Assembly (NCBI GenBank): GCA_963800255.1
Contig: CAWDAK010000016.1
Span: 12,815-76,814 of the forward strand
Direction: 5' to 3'
DNA length: 64,000 bases
From: an uncultured Ignavibacteria bacterium
GTDB lineage: Bacteria > Bacteroidota > Ignavibacteria > Ignavibacteriales > Ignavibacteriaceae
The notes beneath the pieces were generated by a model. That model saw nothing but the letters and a program-made list of their open reading frames with translations. It was not told the origin of the DNA and did not search any database. Below, one piece after another: positions 26,488 to 34,809 of this stretch. The position numbers were made by a program, and so were the translations under genes. Positions within the stretch are counted from its first letter, which is position 1. Each line of letters starts with the position of its first letter.

Positions 26488-28353
26488 TTAATCCAGTTTT
26501 GTTTTTCCGCTGAGTAAAATATTCTGAAACTTTGCTGATGAACTTTTATCGACATAAATACCTGCCTTGCCGAAAATACCCCACACACTCTTGTAGGAAC
26601 TTATAAGTCCGTTCTGATCATAAATGCTGATTAGATTGTCTGAGTAAATTATTTTCATCTTCCTTTTGGAAGATTCGATATCCGTCGGCCGGATTACAAG
26701 AAGTTTTTCAATTTCATTTCCCTTGATTCTCTGCAGGGTGTAATTGCCGCCATCCCTGTATTTGAAAATATAATAATCGTTGGGAGAGATATAGCCTATA
26801 ATCAAACCGAGTATTGCATTACGGTTATCGATTTCGGTATTCACAGTTAACGTTACATCAAAAAAATCTTTGTTATAGATTATATATTTTTCACTTAAAG
26901 TATTTGTAAAGCTGAGCTCATCATTGTTAATGGTGAACTCGTTCTTATTTATTCCGGGGAAAGCCCATGCCGATGATCTAAAATCTGAAGCTGTTATTTC
27001 CGGACCTGCTTCAGCTCCTGAGGGAGCCGTTGTTTCTGCTGACGTAGAATCGGTTCCCCGGGCCTTACCCGGGAGCTGACTCGTACAGAGCCTGATGAGT
27101 CCACGGATCTTTTCATTTCCCGGTCTTACTTCTTCTGCCTTTTTATAATATTTCAGGGCACCTTCAAAATCTTTTTCATTCATCAATCTATCGCCGATGC
27201 CGGAATATGCAGAAGCAATCTCATTTACTCCGTCTAATGCTGCCTGATGCATCGGCTGGCCGTCCAGTATTGCCCTGTATATTGAATAAGCATGCTCATA
27301 ATCTTTTTTCTTAAGCAGCTTATCGGCTTCATCAAGTAATTTTGTTTCCGACTCATCAATATTAACGGTCGGCTTCAGTACGTTCACTTTTTCATCCGCG
27401 GGATTCTTAACAGTAAGGTGTGCGGTTTCCACTTGTGAGGCTGTAAATAATGAATCCCTGAACGCAATAAAAAGCAGAACGAGGATAATCAAAAGGACGA
27501 TAAAAATGCCGGGCCAGACGTTCCTTTTTTTCTTTGGAGGCTTTTCCTTATTCTCTTTAACTTGTTTTACTGGAGTAGTTTTTGGAGCTTCTCCTCTAGC
27601 GATTTTTACTATGATAACTGTAACGTTATCTTTTCCGCCGCGCTCATTGGCAAGGTCTACAAGTATATCGCAGGCATCATCTGCATTATTATCAGATACA
27701 ATTTTCAGTATTTCTGCCTGACTTACCTTTGCAAGTCCGTCCGAGCAAAGGATATAGCTTTGTCCTGACCTTAATATTATATCCTCTATTATATCGATCT
27801 TAACCTTCTCATCTACTCCCAGGGCCCTGGCAAGTACAGATTTGGAGGGATAATTTTCCGCTTCCTCCGGTGTGAGAATGCCCCCCCTTAACATTTCCTG
27901 TACCTGTGTGTGGTCATCTGTGAGCTGTTCTATAGCTCCGTTTTCAATTCTGTATATTCTTGAATCTCCAACGTGTCCTATTATGCCTTTTTCCTCTTTA
28001 AGGACCAGGGCAGAACATGTAGTTCCCATTCTTCCAATTTCTGATTTATCACCTGATTCATTATAAATGGCACTATTCGCTCTGTCGATTGAATTTCTTA
28101 GTGCAGCCGGTTCTTCATCAGAAGAAGAAAAATATTCCTCGTTCACAACTCTCACGGCAATTGTACTTGCTTCTTTACCGCCTTTATGGCCTCCCATTCC
28201 ATCCGCCACTATGAACAATTGTCCCTTTGGCGAATAAAGATCTGTACTGTCTTCGGGAAATTTCCCGTGACTATCCTGGTTTTCAGTTCTTACGAGTCCG
28301 ATATCAGACTTTTTCGAGAAGACTATATATAATTTATTATCAGAAGAAGGCAT
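26488..28353 (-). CDS. pppA: Receptor-like PP2C Ser/Thr phosphatase (PppA-like): PP2C - TM - TPR - C-terminal beta-rich domain
   Basis: FIVADGMGGHKGGKEAS, GHVGDSRIYR, LCSDGL and ERGGKDNVTVIIV are PP2C blocks. TM helix WPGIFIVLLIILVLLFIAF. TPR-like YEHAYSIYRAIL..., then ~170 aa of beta-rich sequence. A paralog lies at 62470..63999. Confidence 0.85.
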   Translation of the reverse strand: MPSSDNKLYIVFSKKSDIGLVRTENQDSHGKFPEDSTDLYSPKGQLFIVADGMGGHKGGKEASTIAVRVVNEEYFSSSDEEPAALRNSIDRANSAIYNESGDKSEIGRMGTTCSALVLKEEKGIIGHVGDSRIYRIENGAIEQLTDDHTQVQEMLRGGILTPEEAENYPSKSVLARALGVDEKVKIDIIEDIILRSGQSYILCSDGLAKVSQAEILKIVSDNNADDACDILVDLANERGGKDNVTVIIVKIARGEAPKTTPVKQVKENKEKPPKKKRNVWPGIFIVLLIILVLLFIAFRDSLFTASQVETAHLTVKNPADEKVNVLKPTVNIDESETKLLDEADKLLKKKDYEHAYSIYRAILDGQPMHQAALDGVNEIASAYSGIGDRLMNEKDFEGALKYYKKAEEVRPGNEKIRGLIRLCTSQLPGKARGTDSTSAETTAPSGAEAGPEITASDFRSSAWAFPGINKNEFTINNDELSFTNTLSEKYIIYNKDFFDVTLTVNTEIDNRNAILGLIIGYISPNDYYIFKYRDGGNYTLQRIKGNEIEKLLVIRPTDIESSKRKMKIIYSDNLISIYDQNGLISSYKSVWGIFGKAGIYVDKSSSAKFQNILLSGKTKLD

Positions 28354-28374
28354 ATCGCTTAATATATATTGTAT

Positions 28375-29862
28375 TTAATTTTTCAAAGTCTGCAGAGCAT
28401 CCTTTAATGGGTCAGTGAAATCAAATCCGAACAACGCGGGATTTTGGCCAATTACCGCAGCAGAGAAAATATAAAAAACATAATTGTATGTTTCATCGGG
28501 AATTTTATCCCTGTACTTAGCAAGGAGGTTCCAGAAGTTCCTGTCTTTCGGGTTGGCGGGAATTTTTCGGATCAGGTCGATAATATTATACTCTCCCCAA
28601 TTATAAGACGCCATCACGAGCAGTCCCGAAGCCTGGGCATCGGTGTTATAAATATCTTTAAGATAGCGCGAAGCAGCACTTGTGGCTTTGGGAAAGTTAT
28701 ATCTATCGTCACCGGGGTCATAAACACTCTCGTTTGAAAGCGGCCCGATAGTAAGACCGTACTTCTGAGCTGTAGCAGGTATAAACTGCCAGATTCCTTT
28801 GGCATATCCGTACCTCGTCTGCGGTCCCACTATCTGGTCACGGAAGTCGCTTTCCTGGAGCGCCAGGTAAAAAAACTGAGGCGGAAGGTCCTGCCTTACC
28901 AGGTAATTTACCACCACCTGTGCGTAGCCATTCTGATTTGCACGGTCAAGAGCTTTCTGCAGTCTCTGGCTCGACTTCCACTTGCTTATATAACTTTTTA
29001 CCTCGTCAATGAAATCTTTCGGCATAGTTAGTTCACACTCACCGAAAGCCCGTGCTGTTTTAATTATCAATTTTTCATCAGGAGCCAGATCATACGTGCC
29101 CAGCTGATCAACAAGCTTGTCATAGTTTTTCTGCAGTTCGTGTCTGCGTTCATCAAATTTCTGCAGAGCCTTAATTATTTTCGGATCCCCCGAAGATGCA
29201 AGATCATGTTTCAGTGATTCTATTTCAAGCTCAAGTGATTTCATATCATAGAAAATATTTTCAGCAAGGGCTTTCTGCTTGTTCTCTTTTATATTCTGGT
29301 AAATAGAGTATGCCGCAGCAATAACCGCAAGCAGTCCTACTACCGCTATTACCTTAATATATTTTGAAGTGTGTTTTTTCTTAACAACTTTGAAAGCTTC
29401 ACGCATAAGGCGGGTGTGTTCACCTACCTGGTCGTCGCTCTTCGATTCGTCGAAATAATGCTGAATATAACTGGTAACGGAAGGATCTTTTAAGGAATCA
29501 GATTTTACTGCGGGAACAGCTTCTTTTTCCTCGAATGAAAATATAAGTACCGGACCATTATTCCCCAGCTCAAGCGTGGTTGTTGCTTTTAATTCGATGT
29601 TCTCGATTTTTTTCCCGTTGAGGAATGTACCGTTGCTGCTGTGCTTATCAGATACCCACCATTTTTCCCCGTCGAAGATAACTTCAACATGAACCCTGCT
29701 TACAACCCCCTCATCAATTGTGATGGAACAATCTTCAGATCTTCCGATAGTGAAAGTTTTATCAAAATAAAATTCCTTCTGCGGGCAGTTCCCCTTTTCT
29801 ATCTTAACTTTGATAATCGTATTTGATAGGGAAGGAGATTCGCTTAATTGTGTGCTGTTCAT
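28375..29862 (-). CDS. FHA domain - TM - coiled coil - SLT-family lytic transglycosylase fusion
   Basis: FHA: FTIGRSEDCSITIDEGVVSRVHVEVIF..KWWVSDKHSSNGTFLNGKKI. TM: YIKVIAVVGLLAVIAAAYSIY. SLT: LALQESDF, YAKGIWQFIPATAQKYGL and MASYNWGEYN. Confidence 0.8.
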   Translation of the reverse strand: MNSTQLSESPSLSNTIIKVKIEKGNCPQKEFYFDKTFTIGRSEDCSITIDEGVVSRVHVEVIFDGEKWWVSDKHSSNGTFLNGKKIENIELKATTTLELGNNGPVLIFSFEEKEAVPAVKSDSLKDPSVTSYIQHYFDESKSDDQVGEHTRLMREAFKVVKKKHTSKYIKVIAVVGLLAVIAAAYSIYQNIKENKQKALAENIFYDMKSLELEIESLKHDLASSGDPKIIKALQKFDERRHELQKNYDKLVDQLGTYDLAPDEKLIIKTARAFGECELTMPKDFIDEVKSYISKWKSSQRLQKALDRANQNGYAQVVVNYLVRQDLPPQFFYLALQESDFRDQIVGPQTRYGYAKGIWQFIPATAQKYGLTIGPLSNESVYDPGDDRYNFPKATSAASRYLKDIYNTDAQASGLLVMASYNWGEYNIIDLIRKIPANPKDRNFWNLLAKYRDKIPDETYNYVFYIFSAAVIGQNPALFGFDFTDPLKDALQTLKN

Positions 29863-29877
29863 TCTGTAAAATTAATA

Positions 29878-30465
29878 CTATTTATCAGGATTAAAACTCA
29901 GCATCATCCTTACGATTGCCGGTCCGATTGTCTGCCTAGTCTTTTTTGTAAATGAGGCTGTCAGTTTATAAGCCTTTTTATCGTGAAAAGTGTAAACCTG
30001 GTGCTGGTAAATTCTATAATCATCCAGCGGGTACCAGCTGAAAATAGCCTCGTAGGCTTCAGCCCCATTCGTCAGTTCGGTTTCGCCCTTTTTAAGAAGC
30101 GTGCAGCCCTTCAGCTCTTCTTCGAGGGTTTTTATATGCCATTCGGCATAATCCTGAAGGCTGTCGATAGTGTTTTCGTTATCAACTGTAATTATAACGT
30201 TATGCTGAATACCATCTGTTACAGGTCCGTTTATAGTGTAAATGGTTTTATCTTCCCACTCTTCAAGCTGGTTTACTATGAACCCGTTTCCCTGGAATAC
30301 AACTGTTTTATCCTGCGGGGCAGCTGGTTTTGATTCCTGCTTTGCAGGATGCTTCTGCGGTGGTGCTTTGGGCTGCTCTGTTTGCGGAGCTTCCGGAGTT
30401 TTTTCCTCCTTCTTCTCCTCAGCCGGCTGATTTTGAAACTGCCGGTAATAATCTGGTATTTTCAT
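29878..30465 (-). CDS. DUF1795/DcrB-like protein (possible Eag-type T6SS effector chaperone) with a Pro/Lys/Glu-rich N-terminal region
   Basis: GFIVNQLEEWEDKTIYTINGP...HNVIITVDNE...SLQDYAEWHIKTLEEELKG..LLKKGE..L.NG.EAYEAIFSW......IYQHQVY.F.DKKAYKLTASF follows the DUF1795 layout as I recall it. Confidence 0.4.
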   Translation of the reverse strand: MKIPDYYRQFQNQPAEEKKEEKTPEAPQTEQPKAPPQKHPAKQESKPAAPQDKTVVFQGNGFIVNQLEEWEDKTIYTINGPVTDGIQHNVIITVDNENTIDSLQDYAEWHIKTLEEELKGCTLLKKGETELTNGAEAYEAIFSWYPLDDYRIYQHQVYTFHDKKAYKLTASFTKKTRQTIGPAIVRMMLSFNPDK

Positions 30466-30483
30466 GATTAAATCTACTTAATT

Positions 30484-31335
30484 TTATGGACGGGGGGTAA
30501 GCTGCACAACAGCTCCTTCCGTGAAACATTGATCATTAATGTTCTCATCAAGCTTGTAAAAGTTAATGGGACAAAGCATATGTTCGCCCATCAACTCAAA
30601 ATCCGCCGTTGAAGGTTCTCTTCCGGCACCATTACTGGCAAGAGTTTGTACACCTGAAACATCATGCATGCTGCCTGTTAGCGCATTTCTCCAACGGGGA
30701 TTGTTTGGACGGTTATCTGTCTCTGTTTTACAGTGAGCTATTTCATGGAATGCTGTGGTTGCAAGGCTGTTTGCCAAAAGAACATCCCAGTTTGTGGCTT
30801 CAAAGTTTTGCCTCGCATCGCTGAATACACAAGCAGTTACCGGGTATGAGATTCCGGATATACCGGGGAGTGAAAGTCCGTTATGCTCCCCCAAACTACT
30901 CAGAGTCGACCGCTGTTCGCTTACCCAGCTCTGCGGAAATTCCTGGCTTCGGGCGTTTTGTAAAGCATTCAGCATTATATATTCGGGGCGGCGGTCAATC
31001 TCGTCGGCAGGTGTTGAGTCAAGCACCCGGGTTGTAAAGTATACTATGGGCTCGCCTATATTCACAGTAATACCGCTGAAATCCGGGCTCACAGGGTTGC
31101 CGGGCAGGGAGGGTATTCTTATAACGTTAATCGTCTGATCCCTTGAATCACGATGCGGGATGTGTGCTTTAGATTGATCCATCAGGTCGATCAGCTTTGT
31201 TCGGAACCCGTCAAATATTCCCTGGACTACAGCTGAATCAACTCCGGGAGATTCCAGGATTACTCCTGTTGCTCCGGAGGAAGCCCTAATCCTTAATGGC
31301 TTAATGACAAAATAATAAATGTTATAAACAGGCAA
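30484..31335 (-). CDS. Hypothetical protein with HExxH motif (candidate metallopeptidase-type toxin)
   Basis: TTAFHEIAHCKTE is the only motif. No signal peptide. Amino-acid and GC composition differ from the neighbours. Confidence 0.35.
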   Translation of the reverse strand: MPVYNIYYFVIKPLRIRASSGATGVILESPGVDSAVVQGIFDGFRTKLIDLMDQSKAHIPHRDSRDQTINVIRIPSLPGNPVSPDFSGITVNIGEPIVYFTTRVLDSTPADEIDRRPEYIMLNALQNARSQEFPQSWVSEQRSTLSSLGEHNGLSLPGISGISYPVTACVFSDARQNFEATNWDVLLANSLATTAFHEIAHCKTETDNRPNNPRWRNALTGSMHDVSGVQTLASNGAGREPSTADFELMGEHMLCPINFYKLDENINDQCFTEGAVVQLTPRP

Positions 31336-31365
31336 TTGGCTGCTTTCGTTCCGGAGGTTAATATG

Positions 31366-32232
31366 TTACTGTATTTCAAAAGATTCCAGGTATTCGTGAA
31401 TTTCAGGAATTGTCATTTGTGAATATTTCCAAAGAAGTGTGCTGTGCTGCTCGAACGGGTGATGGAGCAAGGTAGTCCATTTGCGCCATAAATGGTGGTC
31501 TGACTGATCTACAATCGTTTGTCCTGCTGAACCTTCAGGTCCTTCAAATCTGTTGACCCGGGGATTCTGTGTCGAGTGACCTACTGTTTTATGTGCGTCA
31601 ACCCGGCAGTTGGGACAATGACGTACCAGACTGTCCCTTAAGTGAGCAGCGAAGCTATCGTCTGTGTCTCCCGCTGAACAAGCATAAAGCACAATTTTTA
31701 CATCAGGTTTTGAAATCCTTGCGATTGCCTGTGCAAGTGCATCTGTATCATTCATTTCCGTTGATTGATATGTAATTTGCGTGTTGGTTCTGAAACCTAT
31801 CTGTATACCGGCATGCCAGCCGTGACAGAAGAAAGCAATAACACTTACATTCTCTCCTGAAGGAAAGCTGTCCAGTACATCAAGGACTTTCCTCTTCATC
31901 TGTGCTGCAGAGACCGGATTTTTTATCTCGCCATGTACTTCTTCGCATTCACCATTGTCTACAATGTAAGTTGATTCATAAGGAGCGAAGTTGTAGTATG
32001 AGAAGTACCATGTTTCCGGCATAAACGCACCGCCGACATCGTTTGTCCTGTCGGGTTTGCAGCATCTCAGTCTGAAACTCAATATATCGCTCCTTGTAAT
32101 CAGGCTGCTGGAATCCGACGACCTGTCGATTCTGCTTGCTCTTCTGGTAAGCCCTCTGTATATCCGTTCTTCAGGATCAGTCCATCCTTCGTCTCCCCAT
32201 GCACATCTATGATGAGCTTCAGTTGCACACAT
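31366..32232 (-). CDS. Hypothetical protein; a His...Cys pair in beta-strand contexts hints at a caspase-like fold
   Basis: VSVIAFFCHGWHAG and VKIVLYACSAGD resemble the His and Cys strands of clan CD peptidases. The true start is uncertain (alternative Met at MPETWYF). Confidence 0.3.
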   Translation of the reverse strand: MCATEAHHRCAWGDEGWTDPEERIYRGLTRRASRIDRSSDSSSLITRSDILSFRLRCCKPDRTNDVGGAFMPETWYFSYYNFAPYESTYIVDNGECEEVHGEIKNPVSAAQMKRKVLDVLDSFPSGENVSVIAFFCHGWHAGIQIGFRTNTQITYQSTEMNDTDALAQAIARISKPDVKIVLYACSAGDTDDSFAAHLRDSLVRHCPNCRVDAHKTVGHSTQNPRVNRFEGPEGSAGQTIVDQSDHHLWRKWTTLLHHPFEQHSTLLWKYSQMTIPEIHEYLESFEIQ

Positions 32233-32249
32233 TATAATTCCGGATTAAT

Positions 32250-33539
32250 TCAAAATTTCTCATTTATTTTTTGTCTGAGTTCCCCGTCAATATCTCCCGA
32301 TACAGTCATATTATTGTCTTTCCTGAAATTCCTAACTGCTTCTGCCGTCATTGCTCCTGCCTCACCGTCTATCCTTCCTGCATAGTAGCCGAGGTTCTGC
32401 AGTCTTTCCTGAATTCCTGCTGTACTATCGTCCGGTTCAAGATCTGTCAGCTGCAGTATTGTACTAAATGAAGGGCGATCCTCACCGTCCCTCAGCCAGA
32501 ACAAAAGTTTAGCCTGAAGAATATTTGGGGGAATTTGCTCCTGCAATAGTCCGTCACCGTCGGTGGTCCCTGCTTTTACTTTTTGTCCATATCTTAGTTC
32601 ATATTTTTTATTTGAGTACTTGTTGCCGTCGGGGTCCTTCATATATATCTTTATTGTCTTATCGGCGGGAGGTTCAGCCTCAGATGTCTCTTCTTCATTA
32701 TCATCTTCAAGAACTATTTTATAGGGACCAGGGGGTGCATCTTCAAACAAGTACCTTCCGTCTCCGTCAAAAGTTTCTTGCTTTTCCTCTCCGTCTGCAG
32801 TCACAATCTTGAATTTCTGGTTTGCTGCAGGCTGGCCGTTCTCATATCGCCATACTATTTCCACGGTATCTTTGAACTTCAGCAAGCCTGAATCTTCAGA
32901 AACTCCGGCGATAGTCACTCTGAAAAAATATTCGGGATTATTGTAGCCGTTCTCAGCTTCATTGTCATCGGGAATATCGTCGGTATCCTCTACATACTGA
33001 AATTCCCATTCTGTTTTGATTTTCTGACTCTTAACGAGAGCGGGGAATGATACAACAAGATCGTGTGCACCGTCATTGTCGTGTTCAAAAATTTCAATCG
33101 TCGTCTCAGCTCCATCATATGCTCCTTTAACATCCGCTGTTAGTTTCAGGATGTCGCCTCGCCGGGCTTCATTCTTATCCCACTTCAGGTTTGATATTTT
33201 TATGGGCGGGAGCAGAATAATTGAATTCGACTTTTTCTCGAGTCCAAGTTTTGAAAGTTTTGCAGTTGCTGTTAACTCATCCTTCAGGTTTTCGGGGATG
33301 TCGATGGATTTCCAGAAACGATTGCCTGTAATTTTTCCCTTAACGGTTCCGCCTGATTTACCGGATTTATCCTTGATCTCAATTTTGATCTCAGAATTAT
33401 TTCCTACAAACTTCGTAAATACATCTATCCCGATTTTACCGCCGGCTGAAGCCATATTCTTAGTAAATACAACCTGCTCAATCAAAGATTCGAGCTTTAC
33501 TTCTTTAACTTTTCCGGTCTGGCCTGATTGTTTTTCCAT
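32250..33539 (-). CDS. Multi-Ig-like protein with C-terminal peptidoglycan-binding domain (PG_binding_1)
   Basis: C-terminus GIQERLQNLGYYAGRIDGEAGAMTAEAVRNFRKDNNMTVSGDIDGELRQKI. The middle ~170 aa are colinear with the C-terminal extension of the PAAR protein. No signal peptide. Confidence 0.6.
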   Translation of the reverse strand: MEKQSGQTGKVKEVKLESLIEQVVFTKNMASAGGKIGIDVFTKFVGNNSEIKIEIKDKSGKSGGTVKGKITGNRFWKSIDIPENLKDELTATAKLSKLGLEKKSNSIILLPPIKISNLKWDKNEARRGDILKLTADVKGAYDGAETTIEIFEHDNDGAHDLVVSFPALVKSQKIKTEWEFQYVEDTDDIPDDNEAENGYNNPEYFFRVTIAGVSEDSGLLKFKDTVEIVWRYENGQPAANQKFKIVTADGEEKQETFDGDGRYLFEDAPPGPYKIVLEDDNEEETSEAEPPADKTIKIYMKDPDGNKYSNKKYELRYGQKVKAGTTDGDGLLQEQIPPNILQAKLLFWLRDGEDRPSFSTILQLTDLEPDDSTAGIQERLQNLGYYAGRIDGEAGAMTAEAVRNFRKDNNMTVSGDIDGELRQKINEKF

Positions 33540-33541
33540 AA

Positions 33542-34717
33542 TTACTTTTGAGGACTCAGTAAATATATACTGCTTTCAGTAGCAGCAATGATTTCATTAT
33601 TCACATTCACTATAGGGGGAGTGGTAAGCCTCTCTCCCGGAAACTGGAAGATAAATTGTCTCTCTCCTGATTCGTCTATCTGCATTATATACTCCCCTTC
33701 AGAGAGTAATAGTTTATTGTCAGAAGTAACAACAGCTCCTCCGGTTTCTCCTGTTGTAAATGTCTGCCACCTTAGTTTTCCGTCTTCAGTATAACTGAAA
33801 ACACGATCGTTGAACACCAAAAATATACTGTGATCGTATGCCACTATAGGTGGAACCAAATTCTGCTTGTCTTCAACAGGTATCTTTGTATCCACAAGCA
33901 GTTCGCCTTCAGGGGAAACTACCCATAATGCAAGTTTATTTTCTGAATTTATAACTGTCATATAAATTCTGCCGGATTCATCAAGACTTAAGGTAACAGG
34001 GGTGAACTCTCCGTCAATTTCAGATTTTAATGCGAGGTCCATTCCTGAAATTATAATTTTGTTATTAATTGCACAGACAAAAGTATTTTTATTTGCGGCA
34101 GAAGCTGAATTACCCGCAGAAAAGAAAGTCTGGTTCAATTCTTTATATGAAGTAAGATTTCCGTTTTCTATAATAGGAGGGTCATCAATTGCATAAGATT
34201 CCAGTAGAATAAACCTGTTTGGAGAAGGATTGTGAGGATTTTTATTTACAATATTATCTGCAATCAGAAAACTACCATCGTTCCTGTATATGAATTTCCT
34301 TTCTACATCCTCCAGCCCGTTTACCTGCATACTGTACAATTTTTCATGTGAGGATAATTCAACCGCAGTGATCTGTCCGAGCCTGTCAGCGTAATAGAAT
34401 AGTCCGTGCTCTGCATCGAATATAATATCACTATTACCCAGGAAATCCGCCGCTTCTGATTTTCCTCCGGCGTCAAGCAGCTGCCATCTACCGGAGCCGA
34501 ATGCAACGAAATTGTCATTTGCTGTAAGTATAAAATCGGCAGGGAAGAATGGATCGATGGGAATCTTCCATTTAATTTCCAGCGGTTTATAAGTAACCTT
34601 AACCGGGATTCTGGAGTTCAGCATTTCATTGGCGAAGGGACGCGGATAATTATTTCCGGCCTTTTCCTCTTTATAACCTGGCAGCGATACAAAATTTCCG
34701 GAGTTTATTATTGTCAT
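33542..34717 (-). CDS. Hypothetical beta-rich (propeller-like) protein, candidate periplasmic immunity protein; the true start is probably upstream
   Basis: Immediately downstream of the 1291-aa candidate effector. The in-frame upstream sequence 34718..34813 encodes IKLVIIYKALLLILLPVFITWAQD, a textbook signal peptide, with no ATG/GTG/TTG. Confidence 0.45.
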   Translation of the reverse strand: MTIINSGNFVSLPGYKEEKAGNNYPRPFANEMLNSRIPVKVTYKPLEIKWKIPIDPFFPADFILTANDNFVAFGSGRWQLLDAGGKSEAADFLGNSDIIFDAEHGLFYYADRLGQITAVELSSHEKLYSMQVNGLEDVERKFIYRNDGSFLIADNIVNKNPHNPSPNRFILLESYAIDDPPIIENGNLTSYKELNQTFFSAGNSASAANKNTFVCAINNKIIISGMDLALKSEIDGEFTPVTLSLDESGRIYMTVINSENKLALWVVSPEGELLVDTKIPVEDKQNLVPPIVAYDHSIFLVFNDRVFSYTEDGKLRWQTFTTGETGGAVVTSDNKLLLSEGEYIMQIDESGERQFIFQFPGERLTTPPIVNVNNEIIAATESSIYLLSPQK

Positions 34718-34809
34718 TTTTTTAATATGGTTTTGATTTAAATCCTGCGCCCACGTAATGAAAACAGGAAGAAGAATTAAAAGTAATGCCTTATATATTA
34801 TTACCAGCT

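Noticed and set aside
33076-33582. Antisense ORFs inside long minus-strand genes, e.g. 33076..33582, 30755..31138, 56185..56595, 42110..42457, 39364..39615 and 1187..1591
   Set aside because: They are fully embedded opposite to, or out of frame with, genes that have strong family signatures. Their translations are low-complexity S/F/L/P-rich. They are typical shadow ORFs.
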